Source: an uncultured Thermoleophilia bacterium (lineage in GTDB: Bacteria > Actinomycetota > Thermoleophilia > UBA2241). Taken from it: DNA of 64,000 nucleotides. Below, one piece after another: positions 1-8,759 of this stretch. Position 1 is the stretch's first letter, and each line of letters begins with the position of its first letter. The notes beneath the pieces are model-generated. The model searched no databases and was not told the origin of the DNA. It saw nothing but the letters and a program-made list of their open reading frames with translations. The position numbers were made by a program, and so were the translations under genes. The stretch is taken from assembly GCA_963699725.1 (NCBI GenBank), contig CAVOVA010000027.1, positions 170,066 through 234,065 of the forward strand, in the 5' to 3' direction.

Positions 1-2
1 TC

Positions 3-230
3 GTGCCGGGCGCCGAGGTGATCTGCGGGCACTATGCCGGCTTCACCGACTCGGGGTACTTCCGGTCCTTCTTCCCCGGCGCAGTCGCCTACGGCTTCTG
101 CCCGTTCCGCGCCGAGAGTGGGGCGGCGATCATGCCGCGCTTCCATGGCGTCGACGAGCGTATAACCGTGGATGACCTCGTCCTCCAAACACGGTTCTCG
201 GAGGCCCTCGCAGTCGATCTGCTCTCCTGA
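3..230 (+). CDS. C-terminal fragment of M20/M25/M40 family metallopeptidase (5'-truncated by window edge)
   Basis: GFTDSGYFR...YGF.P...HGVDERI resembles the M20 C-terminal metal-ligand motif (HxxDE). Confidence 0.65.
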   Translation: MPGAEVICGHYAGFTDSGYFRSFFPGAVAYGFCPFRAESGAAIMPRFHGVDERITVDDLVLQTRFSEALAVDLLS

Positions 231-317
231 CCGGGCGTCAGGCGGCATCGCAAGGGGCTGGGAACGGCGCCGCTCGCCCACGACGGCGTCGGCAGAGTCC
301 TATCCCCGTTGCCGCAC

Positions 318-1157
318 TCAGCGGCCGCCCCAGAGCTCGGCGGCGCTCAGTCCCAGCTCCCGCTCGACCTCCAGGCGGTAGGCGACGACCGCGCGCGCGG
401 TCGCGGGTCCGGGAGCCTCGTCGAAGACGCGGTCCTCGACGACCGCGACCGCCTGGATCTCACGCGCCGAGCCGGCCAGGAACGCCTCCTTGGCGTCGAG
501 CGCCTCCTCGACGCGACACGGACGCTCGATCACGTCCAGATGCCTCATCACGATGCGACGCGTGATGGAATCCAGGATCCCCTCGCTCAGCGGCGGCGTG
601 CACAGATCGCCCTCCGGCGTCACCCAGAAGAACGCCGCCTGCTGCACCTCCATCACGCGGCCGTCCGGCGTCGTGAGCAGAGCCTCCTGGAAGCCGCGCT
701 CCCCAGCCATCCGCTTGGCCACCATGTTGCCCGCGTACGAGAGGCTTTTTGCCCCGAGCAGCACCATCCGCACCGTGTCGGGCACGAGCGCCAGCCGCGC
801 CGGCGGCCAGTCGAGGTACGGCTCGAGAATGACGATGCGTCTGCCGCCGCGCGTCAGTACGATGCGCAGGTCGGTGAAGACGGGGCCCGCCCAGGCGAGA
901 AGCGCGGCGATCTCGCTCTCGAGCAGCTCGCGCTGATACGGCAGGCGAAGCGTCGCGCAGGAACGCGCCAGTCGGTCGAGGTGCTCGCCGAGCGCGAACG
1001 GCCGGCCCGCATAGCAGCGCAGGTACTCGAAGGCTCCGTCGCCGCGCAGCAGGCCGTCGTCGTACATGGGGACGGTCGCCTCGCGCGCGTCGCACAGCAC
1101 CCCGTCGATGGAGGCTGCCTTCTCCGGCGCACGGCCTGCGCCGTGCGCGAGCCCCAT
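318..1157 (-). CDS. PLP-dependent aminotransferase class IV (D-amino-acid/branched-chain/PabC-like)
   Basis: RGDGAFE..., HLDRL, AKSLSY, L.SITR motifs; ATG at 1157 overlaps upstream TGA (TGATG). Confidence 0.8.
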   Translation of the reverse strand: MGLAHGAGRAPEKAASIDGVLCDAREATVPMYDDGLLRGDGAFEYLRCYAGRPFALGEHLDRLARSCATLRLPYQRELLESEIAALLAWAGPVFTDLRIVLTRGGRRIVILEPYLDWPPARLALVPDTVRMVLLGAKSLSYAGNMVAKRMAGERGFQEALLTTPDGRVMEVQQAAFFWVTPEGDLCTPPLSEGILDSITRRIVMRHLDVIERPCRVEEALDAKEAFLAGSAREIQAVAVVEDRVFDEAPGPATARAVVAYRLEVERELGLSAAELWGGR

Positions 1158-3196
1158 CACACCCTCTCCAAACGTACCTCGACCGACTTCATCAGCGGAA
1201 AGCCGCTGATCGGGTCGAAGCGGTCGTCGTGGGTGATGAGGTTCACGTTGGCGTCGTTCCAGCCGTGCGTGATCTGGAGCGTCCTCGTCGGGATCTCGTT
1301 GGCGGCCATCACCTTCGCGGGGATCTCGAGAGCGCCGATCCGCGACGTGACACGGACGAGGTCCCCGTCCTCGACCCGGAGAGCGGCGGCATCGACGGGG
1401 TTGATCTCCACTTCCGGACCCGGGATCGCCGTGAGGAACCGGGGGATGTTGCGGAACCGGCTGTGCAAGTACAGCAGCTTGCGCGCCCCCGTGATGAGCA
1501 CGAACGGGTACTCCTCGTCCGCCGCCGTCCTGTACGAGGGACTCCGGTACACGGGCAGTTCGTCGTAGCCCATGTCCTTCAGGTACTCCGACGCGAACTC
1601 GACCTTGCCCGATGGCGTGGCGAAGCCGTCCTCCTCCCAGCGTCGCGGTCGCGCCGGGCTGTACTCCACCCCTTCGGGGTGCGCAGCCAACTGCTCGAGC
1701 GTGACGCCGGTCGGCTCGAGGAGCCACCGGTTGAGGGCGGTCTCGTCCTCCCAGGGGAAGTAGTCGCCGATGCCGAGGCGCCAGGCCAGATCGTGCCAGA
1801 AGTCGTATTCGCCCTGGACGTCCGGCCACGACACGACCTCGCGCGTGACGCCGACGATCTGGTGCTTGGCATGCGCGTGCAACTCGGTCCGCTCGAGAAA
1901 GGAGGCCGCCGGCAGGACGTAGTCGGCCAGGGCGGCCGTCTCGCTCATGAAGAGATCGCGCACGACGAGCAGATCGAGAGCCTTCAGCGCCTCGACGACT
2001 CTGGCGCTGTTGGGATTCGTCGAGGCCGGATTCGCTCCGGTGGCGATCATCGCCCGGAGGGGATACGGATCGTCGCGGAGGATCGCCTCGATCGCGGTCA
2101 TCGTGTGGCATTCCTGGCGCAGGTCGTAGAGCACCGGGAAGCGATCGGCTCCGAGAGGCCCGAGGTGCCGAAGCGGCGCTTCCTCGTACAAGGTCAGTTC
2201 GCGCAGCGGGACCCCGTCCTTGAAGAACGTGCCGCCCTCCCGGTCCAGCGTGCCGAGCAGCCCATCGAGCATCGCGACCGCGCGGATGTTGTTGACGCCG
2301 TTCTCGTGGTGCTCGAGGCCGTTGCCGACGTAGGCGGCGACGCGGGGAGCGGCGGCCCCCATGGCCCGCGCGATGGCGCGCACGGTCTTCGCGGGCACGC
2401 CGGTCTCCGTCTCCACCGCGTCGGGCGTGAAGGTCTTCGCGTACTCCGCGACCTTGCCGAACCCCAGCGTGTAGCGCTCGACGAAGTCCATGTCGCAGGC
2501 GCCGTCTTCGATCAGTTGGCGGACCAGCCCCCAGGCAAGGGCGCCGTCGGTGCCGGGACGCAGGGCGGCGTGGATGTCGGCGCGCCGCGTGATCGCCGAG
2601 AGCCGCGGGTCGACGACCACGAGGGTCGCACCCTTGCGGCGCGCGGCGGTGATGTACTGCGTCATGTTCGGGTGCGCATAGGGAGGGTTCGCTCCCCACA
2701 AGACGACGCAGCCGGCATTCTCCAGATCGGGGATCGGCCACGCCCCATCCACGAGCTTGAAGCCGAAGTAGCGCGCCGCGTAGCACATGGAATCGTTCGA
2801 GAGATAGTTGGGACTCCCGAAGGCGTGGATGAAGCGACGCGCCAGATTCTCCTGCTGGCCGAAGCCGATCGCCTCGCCCTTCCAGACGCTCACGCTGCGG
2901 CGTCCGTGTCGCTCGGCGATCTCCACCACCCGGGCGGCGATCTCGTCGAGCGCCTGCTCGAGCGGGATCTCCTGCCACCCGTCCGCGGTCCGCTTCAGTG
3001 GCGCGAGGATGCGGTCCGGGTGATAGACCATGTCGGCCGCGGCGCGAGCCTTCACGCAGAGCCGTCCGCGATTCCAGAGATGGTCGCGGTTCCCGACGAT
3101 GTCGACGATGCGTCCGCCTTCCAGCGTCACGTCGATCCCGCAACGGTCGTCGCACATCCGGCAGAGCGTCTGCTGAATCTCGCGGCCGTCGGTCAT
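1157..3196 (-). CDS. Molybdopterin (bis-MGD) oxidoreductase catalytic subunit, no Tat signal
   Basis: N-terminal CRMCDDRC...C 4Fe-4S motif, WGANP, VVDPR, RPGTD, ADYVLPA..E, C-terminal MGD-binding domain. Confidence 0.9.
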   Translation of the reverse strand: MTDGREIQQTLCRMCDDRCGIDVTLEGGRIVDIVGNRDHLWNRGRLCVKARAAADMVYHPDRILAPLKRTADGWQEIPLEQALDEIAARVVEIAERHGRRSVSVWKGEAIGFGQQENLARRFIHAFGSPNYLSNDSMCYAARYFGFKLVDGAWPIPDLENAGCVVLWGANPPYAHPNMTQYITAARRKGATLVVVDPRLSAITRRADIHAALRPGTDGALAWGLVRQLIEDGACDMDFVERYTLGFGKVAEYAKTFTPDAVETETGVPAKTVRAIARAMGAAAPRVAAYVGNGLEHHENGVNNIRAVAMLDGLLGTLDREGGTFFKDGVPLRELTLYEEAPLRHLGPLGADRFPVLYDLRQECHTMTAIEAILRDDPYPLRAMIATGANPASTNPNSARVVEALKALDLLVVRDLFMSETAALADYVLPAASFLERTELHAHAKHQIVGVTREVVSWPDVQGEYDFWHDLAWRLGIGDYFPWEDETALNRWLLEPTGVTLEQLAAHPEGVEYSPARPRRWEEDGFATPSGKVEFASEYLKDMGYDELPVYRSPSYRTAADEEYPFVLITGARKLLYLHSRFRNIPRFLTAIPGPEVEINPVDAAALRVEDGDLVRVTSRIGALEIPAKVMAANEIPTRTLQITHGWNDANVNLITHDDRFDPISGFPLMKSVEVRLERV

Positions 3197-3682
3197 CTAC
3201 TCGTCTCCCTTGTCCAGGTGGAGCACCCGCCGGAGCCGGGCATCGAGCGCCTCCCGGCGGAAGTCGAAGGCCTCGTCCTCCTCGACGAACTGGAGCGCCC
3301 CCGAGATGCAGGTGCGGACACAGGCGGGGTCGCCCCCGCAGAGGTCGCACTTGCGGCTGACGCCCTCGTCCCCATCGTAGTGGATGTTCCCGCTGGGGCA
3401 GGCGAGCAGGCACATCTTGCAGCCCGCGCAGCGGGTCGCGTCGATCTCGATGGCCCCCGTCTCCGGGTCGCGGCTGATGGCCGCCGCCGGACAGACCTCG
3501 AGGCACCACGCCTCGCCACAGTGCATGCAGGTCAGCGGCACGCACGCGCGTTCCTGGGCGTAGAAGTTCACGCGGATGTGGGAGGCGCTCCGCGCGAAGT
3601 CGCCGCTCTGACGGAACGCGCATGCATACTCGCAGTTCCGGCAGGCGACGCAGGCGTCTGGGTCTGCGACTACGATGCGCAC
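3197..3682 (-). CDS. 4Fe-4S dicluster electron-transfer subunit (DmsB/CooF-like)
   Basis: Four Cys clusters: CVACRNCEYAC, CMHCGEAWCLEVCP, CAGCKMCLLACP, CDLCGGDPACVRTC; GTG start at 3682 after GAAGGAGAGG. Confidence 0.88.
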   Translation of the reverse strand: MRIVVADPDACVACRNCEYACAFRQSGDFARSASHIRVNFYAQERACVPLTCMHCGEAWCLEVCPAAAISRDPETGAIEIDATRCAGCKMCLLACPSGNIHYDGDEGVSRKCDLCGGDPACVRTCISGALQFVEEDEAFDFRREALDARLRRVLHLDKGDE

Positions 3683-4965
3683 AGGGTCCTCTCCTTCGCT
3701 GGTCCGGGGTCGCAGGCAGTGCGGATCTCGCCGCGGCCCGCGAGCCGCTCGTCCGTATCTCTCCCCGCGAGAAAGGCAGCCAAGTCCTTCAGCGGCCGCC
3801 GGTGACGCACAAAGGGTCGCAGCCGGCCGAGAAGCGCGGCTCCCTCGGGGTCTCCCAGCGAGATGGCGCCGACCGGCACCCCGGCGTTGGTGACCAGCTT
3901 GAGGTAGCGGATCCCCGGCAGGTCGCGCCTCTCGCAGACGTCGTCGCCGTCCGCCTCCACGAAGCGGCCGAGCGACGCGACCGTGAGGCCGAACATCTCG
4001 GTCACGTTCATGCTCAGGCTCCCACCGTATGCCGCTCCGGCCCCCGCCAGATTGGCGCCGGCCACCCTGCCCTGTTCCACAGCCGTGGGCCACAGTGCAT
4101 GGATCTCCCGCGGCCCGCCGGCCGCGGTGGGGCCCCTGGTGACGTCGCCGGCGGCGAACACGCCGCCGATGGTCGTCTCCATGGTCGCGACCACCGGGAC
4201 ACCCGGCAATCCGGGCTCGAGGCACTCGGGGAGCAGCTGGTCGTTCGGGCGCGCACCGGTGGCCGCGATGACGGCGTCGACGACGAACGGGTCGAGGCCG
4301 AGGGCGGAGATGTGGGCCTTGCCGTCCTGGTCTGTCTCTATGCCGTCGGTGCGGGTTCCGGTGTGAACCTCCACCCCGCACGCCGTGATGCCCTCGTGCA
4401 GGATCCGCGCGGCCGCACCATCGAGCACCCGTGGCAGGACCTGTCCGAGCAGCTCCACCACCGTCACCGCGACGCCGCGCTGCCGGGCGGCCCACGCGGC
4501 CTGCAGGGCGACGAAACCAGACCCCAGCACGAGGGCACGGGCGCCGGGACGAAGCAGCGGGTCCAGCCGGACCGCGTCGTCGAGGGTCCACAGATGATGG
4601 ACGCTCGGGCCGTCGAGGCCGGGGATCGGAGGTCTCGCGGGGCTGGACCCCGTCGCGAGCAGCAGCCGGTCGAAGCCGAGCGTCCTTCGACCGGCCAGCC
4701 TGAGCCTGCGCCGCGCGACGTCGATCTCTTCCACGCGGGTCCCGAACAGGGTCTCCGCGCGGAGGCGCGCGTAGTCTTCCGCCCGGCGGATGAAGAGCCC
4801 ATCGTAGGCGAGCTTCCTCCGCAGGTAGTACGGCAGGAGCACACGCGAGTACGCCGGGCCCGCCTCGTCGGAGATGAGCGTGACCGGCGAGTCCTGGTCG
4901 CGTTCACGGAAGCTCTCGAGCGCGCTCAAGGCGGCAGCGCTGTTGCCGATGATGGCGACCCGCAC
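3670..4965 (-). CDS. FAD/NAD(P)-dependent oxidoreductase (NirB/rubredoxin-reductase-like)
   Basis: IIGNSAA, LLATGS, GSGFVA, FAAGD motifs. Confidence 0.88.
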   Translation of the reverse strand: MRVAIIGNSAAALSALESFRERDQDSPVTLISDEAGPAYSRVLLPYYLRRKLAYDGLFIRRAEDYARLRAETLFGTRVEEIDVARRRLRLAGRRTLGFDRLLLATGSSPARPPIPGLDGPSVHHLWTLDDAVRLDPLLRPGARALVLGSGFVALQAAWAARQRGVAVTVVELLGQVLPRVLDGAAARILHEGITACGVEVHTGTRTDGIETDQDGKAHISALGLDPFVVDAVIAATGARPNDQLLPECLEPGLPGVPVVATMETTIGGVFAAGDVTRGPTAAGGPREIHALWPTAVEQGRVAGANLAGAGAAYGGSLSMNVTEMFGLTVASLGRFVEADGDDVCERRDLPGIRYLKLVTNAGVPVGAISLGDPEGAALLGRLRPFVRHRRPLKDLAAFLAGRDTDERLAGRGEIRTACDPGPAKERTLCAS

Positions 4966-4985
4966 GAGAGGCCCTCTCCCGCCTA

Positions 4986-5141
4986 GTCCGCCGCGCGCTG
5001 GGCCCTTGCGGGCCGCGCGGCGCTCAATAGTCTGCGTGCATTGTCCGCCGCGCGCTGGGCCCTTGCGGGCCGCGCGGCGCTCAATAGTTCTGCGTGCATT
5101 AGTCCGCCGCGCGCTGGGCCCTTGCGGGCCGCGCGGCGCTC
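4986..5141. repeat. Three tandem copies of a 40-bp palindromic intergenic repeat (REP-like)
   Basis: gtccgccgcgcgctgggcccttgcgggccgcgcggcgctc at 4986-5025, 5043-5082 and 5102-5141, with near-identical 17/19-bp linkers. Confidence 0.92.
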
Positions 5142-5154
5142 CAGGACACTGCGT

Positions 5155-6633
5155 TCATTCGCGCACCGCCGATGCGAAGCCGGCGATGAGCCTGTCCGCC
5201 GCCGCGGCGACCTCGGGCGGCAGCGGCGGCGCCTCATTCTCGGCAAGCAGCCGGATCGCCTTCTCCCGAGCCCTGGCCGCCAGGTCCGGGCTCCCCGCGG
5301 CCAGCCAGTTCTCACGGCCCTGCCGGTTGAGGATGCTCGGCTGCCAGCGAACGTCGCGCATGTGGCGGCGGGTGTGCTTGCTCCCCATGAAGTGACCGCC
5401 CGGACCAGCCTGAGCGATCGTCTCGACGGCCAGGCTGTCACGATCGACGGGGACGCCGCCGAGCAGGCGCCTGTTCATGGCGATGAACTCATCGACGACC
5501 ACGATCTCCTCCAGGGAGCAGGTCAACCCGAAGTCGAGATACCCGACGTCGTGGGCCAGGTTGGAGCCGGCCTGCATGGCAAGGAACGTGATCTGTGTGG
5601 CCTCCATGCCGGCCTGGGCGTCGAGCACGTGGCTGTCGCTCGTGCCGGCGTTGCCCCAGTTGGGGATGTCGAGCCACTTGGCCATCTCCACGGCGCACAT
5701 GTAGCCGGTCAGGTAGCCCAGATCGTTGTAGCTAGACTGGGCGGTCGCGATGTCGAGGACGGCGGAGCCGATGCCGAAGAGGAACGGGGCGCCGGGGCTG
5801 CGCAACTGATGCATCACCAGGCCGAACAGACATTCGGCCACTCCCTGGGCGGTGTGGCCCGCGACCGTGATCGGCGCCGTTGCGCCGGCGAGCGGCGCCG
5901 GCGAGTAGATGGACGGCACGCCCGTATCGGCGCACAGCAGGAGCTTCTCGATGCTGTCGACCGGATGGATGAGCGGGCTGATCGGTTCGTTGTAGACGAC
6001 GAAGTACGGCTTCCGGCGCAGTTGCCCGGCCCCGCCGCGAAGCTCGCGGGCGATGTCGATCATCACTCCGAGATCGCTGCCGTTCTCGGCCGTCATGACC
6101 AGCGGCTTGGTGCTGCTCTCCATCATCGCCTGGAAGCTCAGCAGGTACGCCTGGTGGGGGTCCTTGTCGGTGGGATGAGCCGAGCTCATGATGAAGTCCA
6201 GGTTCGGGAGCGCGTCGCAGAGGCGGGCGGCGCGACGGACGTCCTCGAGCACGCTCGGCCGGTGTTCACCGGTTTCGAGATCGTACGTGGACATGAGGTC
6301 CGACCCGGTGCCGAAGTAGCTGTTGTAGCCTCCGAGCTCCATGGCCAGCCCCCCGGTGCGGTCGTACACGTCGACCACGGAGGGCACGGAGAGACGCGCC
6401 TGCTCGACGAGGTGGCGCGGCAGCTGCACCCGGTCATCCGCGGTCAGCGTGCAACCGGCCTCCAGAAGCATGGCCTTCGCCTCGTCGTGATGAACCTGCA
6501 TCCCGACCTTGCCGAGGATGTCGAGCGCGGCCACGTAGATGTCGCGCTTGCCGGCCTCGGTCAGGAACTGAAGGCGGCCGACCTGCGATGCATTCCTGAG
6601 ATCCTTCACGCCCTGTTCTCCCGTCTGGCTCAT
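5155..6633 (-). CDS. MttB-superfamily methyltransferase (non-pyrrolysine) #1
   Basis: YFGTGS, LCDALPNLDF, EPISPL, GATAPITVAG, D.QAG.E, HDVGYL; ATG 6633 after GGAGGGG. Confidence 0.9.
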   Translation of the reverse strand: MSQTGEQGVKDLRNASQVGRLQFLTEAGKRDIYVAALDILGKVGMQVHHDEAKAMLLEAGCTLTADDRVQLPRHLVEQARLSVPSVVDVYDRTGGLAMELGGYNSYFGTGSDLMSTYDLETGEHRPSVLEDVRRAARLCDALPNLDFIMSSAHPTDKDPHQAYLLSFQAMMESSTKPLVMTAENGSDLGVMIDIARELRGGAGQLRRKPYFVVYNEPISPLIHPVDSIEKLLLCADTGVPSIYSPAPLAGATAPITVAGHTAQGVAECLFGLVMHQLRSPGAPFLFGIGSAVLDIATAQSSYNDLGYLTGYMCAVEMAKWLDIPNWGNAGTSDSHVLDAQAGMEATQITFLAMQAGSNLAHDVGYLDFGLTCSLEEIVVVDEFIAMNRRLLGGVPVDRDSLAVETIAQAGPGGHFMGSKHTRRHMRDVRWQPSILNRQGRENWLAAGSPDLAARAREKAIRLLAENEAPPLPPEVAAAADRLIAGFASAVRE

Positions 6634-6667
6634 CGCCCCTCCGGTCGCGGCGCGCGATCTGGGCCGG

Positions 6668-7774
6668 TCACGCCGAGGGTCGCGGCTCGAGCGAGCGCAG
6701 GCGCTCGAGGAAGAAGTCCATCTCCTCGCGGGTGCCCATGCTGACACGGGCCCACCCAGGGCAGCCGAGCCCGTTGCCGTCGCGCACGATGACCCCCATG
6801 GCCATCAGCGCTTCGCACACCCTCTCCTGCGGCACGCGCAAGCCCTCGATGGAGACGAGCACGAAGTTCGTCTGGCTCGGCACCACCTTGCGGCCCATGC
6901 TCACGAGAGCGTTCTGCAGGTACTCACGCGTCTCGATGACCATTTGGCGTCGCTCGAGCACCTGATCCTGGTGCTTGAGCGCTTCCAGCGCCGCGACCTG
7001 CGCCAGCCGATTGACGTTGAACGGCTGGCGCACCTTGTCGAGCGCATCTCTGACCGCCGCCGGGCACACCCCATACGCGACGCGGAGGCCGGCGAGACCG
7101 TAGACCTTCGAGAACGTGCGGAACACGCAGACATTGGGCTTCTCGGCCTGGATCTTCAGGGTGTCCTGCCAGTCGCCGGCGGCAACGAACTCGTTGTAGG
7201 CCTCGTCGATCACCACGAGGACGTCTTCGGGCAGCCTGTCGATGAAGCTCGCGATCTCGGCCGCCGGCAGGTAATTTCCGGTCGGGTTGTTGGGATTGCA
7301 GACGATGACCAGCTTGGTGCGTGAAGTGACTGCGGCGGCCATCGCGTCGAGATCGTGGCCGAAATCGGGCAGCAGCGGGATCATGACGGCCCTGGCGTCA
7401 CGTCGGGCGCAGATGCCCTCGTACAGCATGAACGACGGATCGGCGAAGACGACTTCGTCGCCGTGGTCGAGCAGCGTGTCGCCGAGGAGCTCGAGCAGGT
7501 CGTCCATGCCGTTGCCCACGGCGATCTCCTCGATGGGCCGCCCAAAGCGGTCGGCGAGCGCGTGGCGCAGGTCCAGACAGTCGCCGTCGGGATACCGGTT
7601 CACCTCATCGAACGCGGCTGCCACGGCCGCCCTCACCTCGGCGAACGGCGGTAGCGGGAACTCGTTGGAGGCGAGCTTGACCACCTCTTCCAGCCCGTAC
7701 TCACGCATGACGTTCTCGATCGGGGTGCCGGGGGCGTAGGGCTCGATGCCCTCGATGGCCGGGAGGAATCTCAT
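6668..7774 (-). CDS. hisC: Histidinol-phosphate/aromatic aminotransferase (HisC-like)
   Basis: KLASNE, RYPD, CNPNNPTG, DEAY, RTFSKVYGLAGLR. Confidence 0.82.
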   Translation of the reverse strand: MRFLPAIEGIEPYAPGTPIENVMREYGLEEVVKLASNEFPLPPFAEVRAAVAAAFDEVNRYPDGDCLDLRHALADRFGRPIEEIAVGNGMDDLLELLGDTLLDHGDEVVFADPSFMLYEGICARRDARAVMIPLLPDFGHDLDAMAAAVTSRTKLVIVCNPNNPTGNYLPAAEIASFIDRLPEDVLVVIDEAYNEFVAAGDWQDTLKIQAEKPNVCVFRTFSKVYGLAGLRVAYGVCPAAVRDALDKVRQPFNVNRLAQVAALEALKHQDQVLERRQMVIETREYLQNALVSMGRKVVPSQTNFVLVSIEGLRVPQERVCEALMAMGVIVRDGNGLGCPGWARVSMGTREEMDFFLERLRSLEPRPSA

Positions 7775-8094
7775 CGAGCCGCCCCGCTGCTCGCGCCGCT
7801 CATCCTGCACACCTTCGCCAGCAGGTCGCGGTCGAGGCTGCTCAGCTCCATCAAGGCTCCCTTCTCACGCACCAGCACGCAGGTGAACGGCCGGCGCGAT
7901 TCTCGGCGTGCGCGCGATACCGAGCGACCCCGGACGCCACGGAAGTACGCACGCTCATCATGAACGGTAGCTTCGACGGGTCAAGTTGCCCCAGGAGGGG
8001 TCTCGTATGCTGGACGGGAATGGGCCGGGGTCGAGCGGCTCTGAGCATGCCGGCGGCGCGGGCAGCAACCGGATCCCGCCGACGCGAGCGCTGG

Positions 8095-8733
8095 TCAGTC
8101 GATGCCGAGAGCGCCCGCGATCACCGCCGCCGCCGCGGCGGCGGCGTCACGTGCGAGCTCGACCTCCGTCCGGCTCTCGCGGCGAACGTCGCGAACGGCA
8201 TCGCCGTCCGGCAGCGTCGACAGGTTGATCTCCACGTTCAGCAGCGCCCCCTCGGCGCTCGCTCGCGCGAGATGGACGGCCACGCCCAGGTCGCTGACGG
8301 CTCCGGGGTTGGCGCGGCCCGCAAGCTGCAAGGCGAGCTCCAACGTCTCTCGCGCCGCCGCCAGAGTCTGCAGCGGCACGGCGGCGGCGCCGAGCGTGGC
8401 TCCGGTCAGCGCCTCGGCGCGCGCGGCGCGCTGCGTTTCCTCGGCCTTCGGCATGCGTACGGCCGCCATGACCGCGTCGAATGCAGCCGTGTCCTCATCC
8501 ACGAGCTCAAGGAGGCGACCGCGCAGCCGCTCACTCTGGGCGAGGGCCTCGTCGATCTCGCCGGCAGTCGCAAGGATGTCGTCCCTGCCGAGGCTCAGAT
8601 GACAGACCATGGCCACGAGCCCCGCAGCGACACTGCCGGCAAGAGCCGCGGCGCTGCCGCCGCCAGGCGCCGGCGAGGCCGAGGCCACTTCAGCACCGAA
8701 CGCGCTGACGGTCAGATCGACCAGCGTTCCCAT
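8095..8733 (-). CDS. Formiminotetrahydrofolate cyclodeaminase (FTCD C-terminal family)
   Basis: SPAPGGGSAAAL, D.DT.AF, SD.GV, NVEINL. Confidence 0.88.
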   Translation of the reverse strand: MGTLVDLTVSAFGAEVASASPAPGGGSAAALAGSVAAGLVAMVCHLSLGRDDILATAGEIDEALAQSERLRGRLLELVDEDTAAFDAVMAAVRMPKAEETQRAARAEALTGATLGAAAVPLQTLAAARETLELALQLAGRANPGAVSDLGVAVHLARASAEGALLNVEINLSTLPDGDAVRDVRRESRTEVELARDAAAAAAAVIAGALGID

Positions 8734-8759
8734 TCCTGCTCCTTCACCCGTCATGTCGC

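Noticed and set aside
1157-4965. Selenocysteine recoding in the molybdoenzyme module
   Set aside because: No in-frame TGA; the frames are complete.
4986-5141. CRISPR array
   Set aside because: Spacers are only 17-19 bp and nearly identical, and there are no cas genes.
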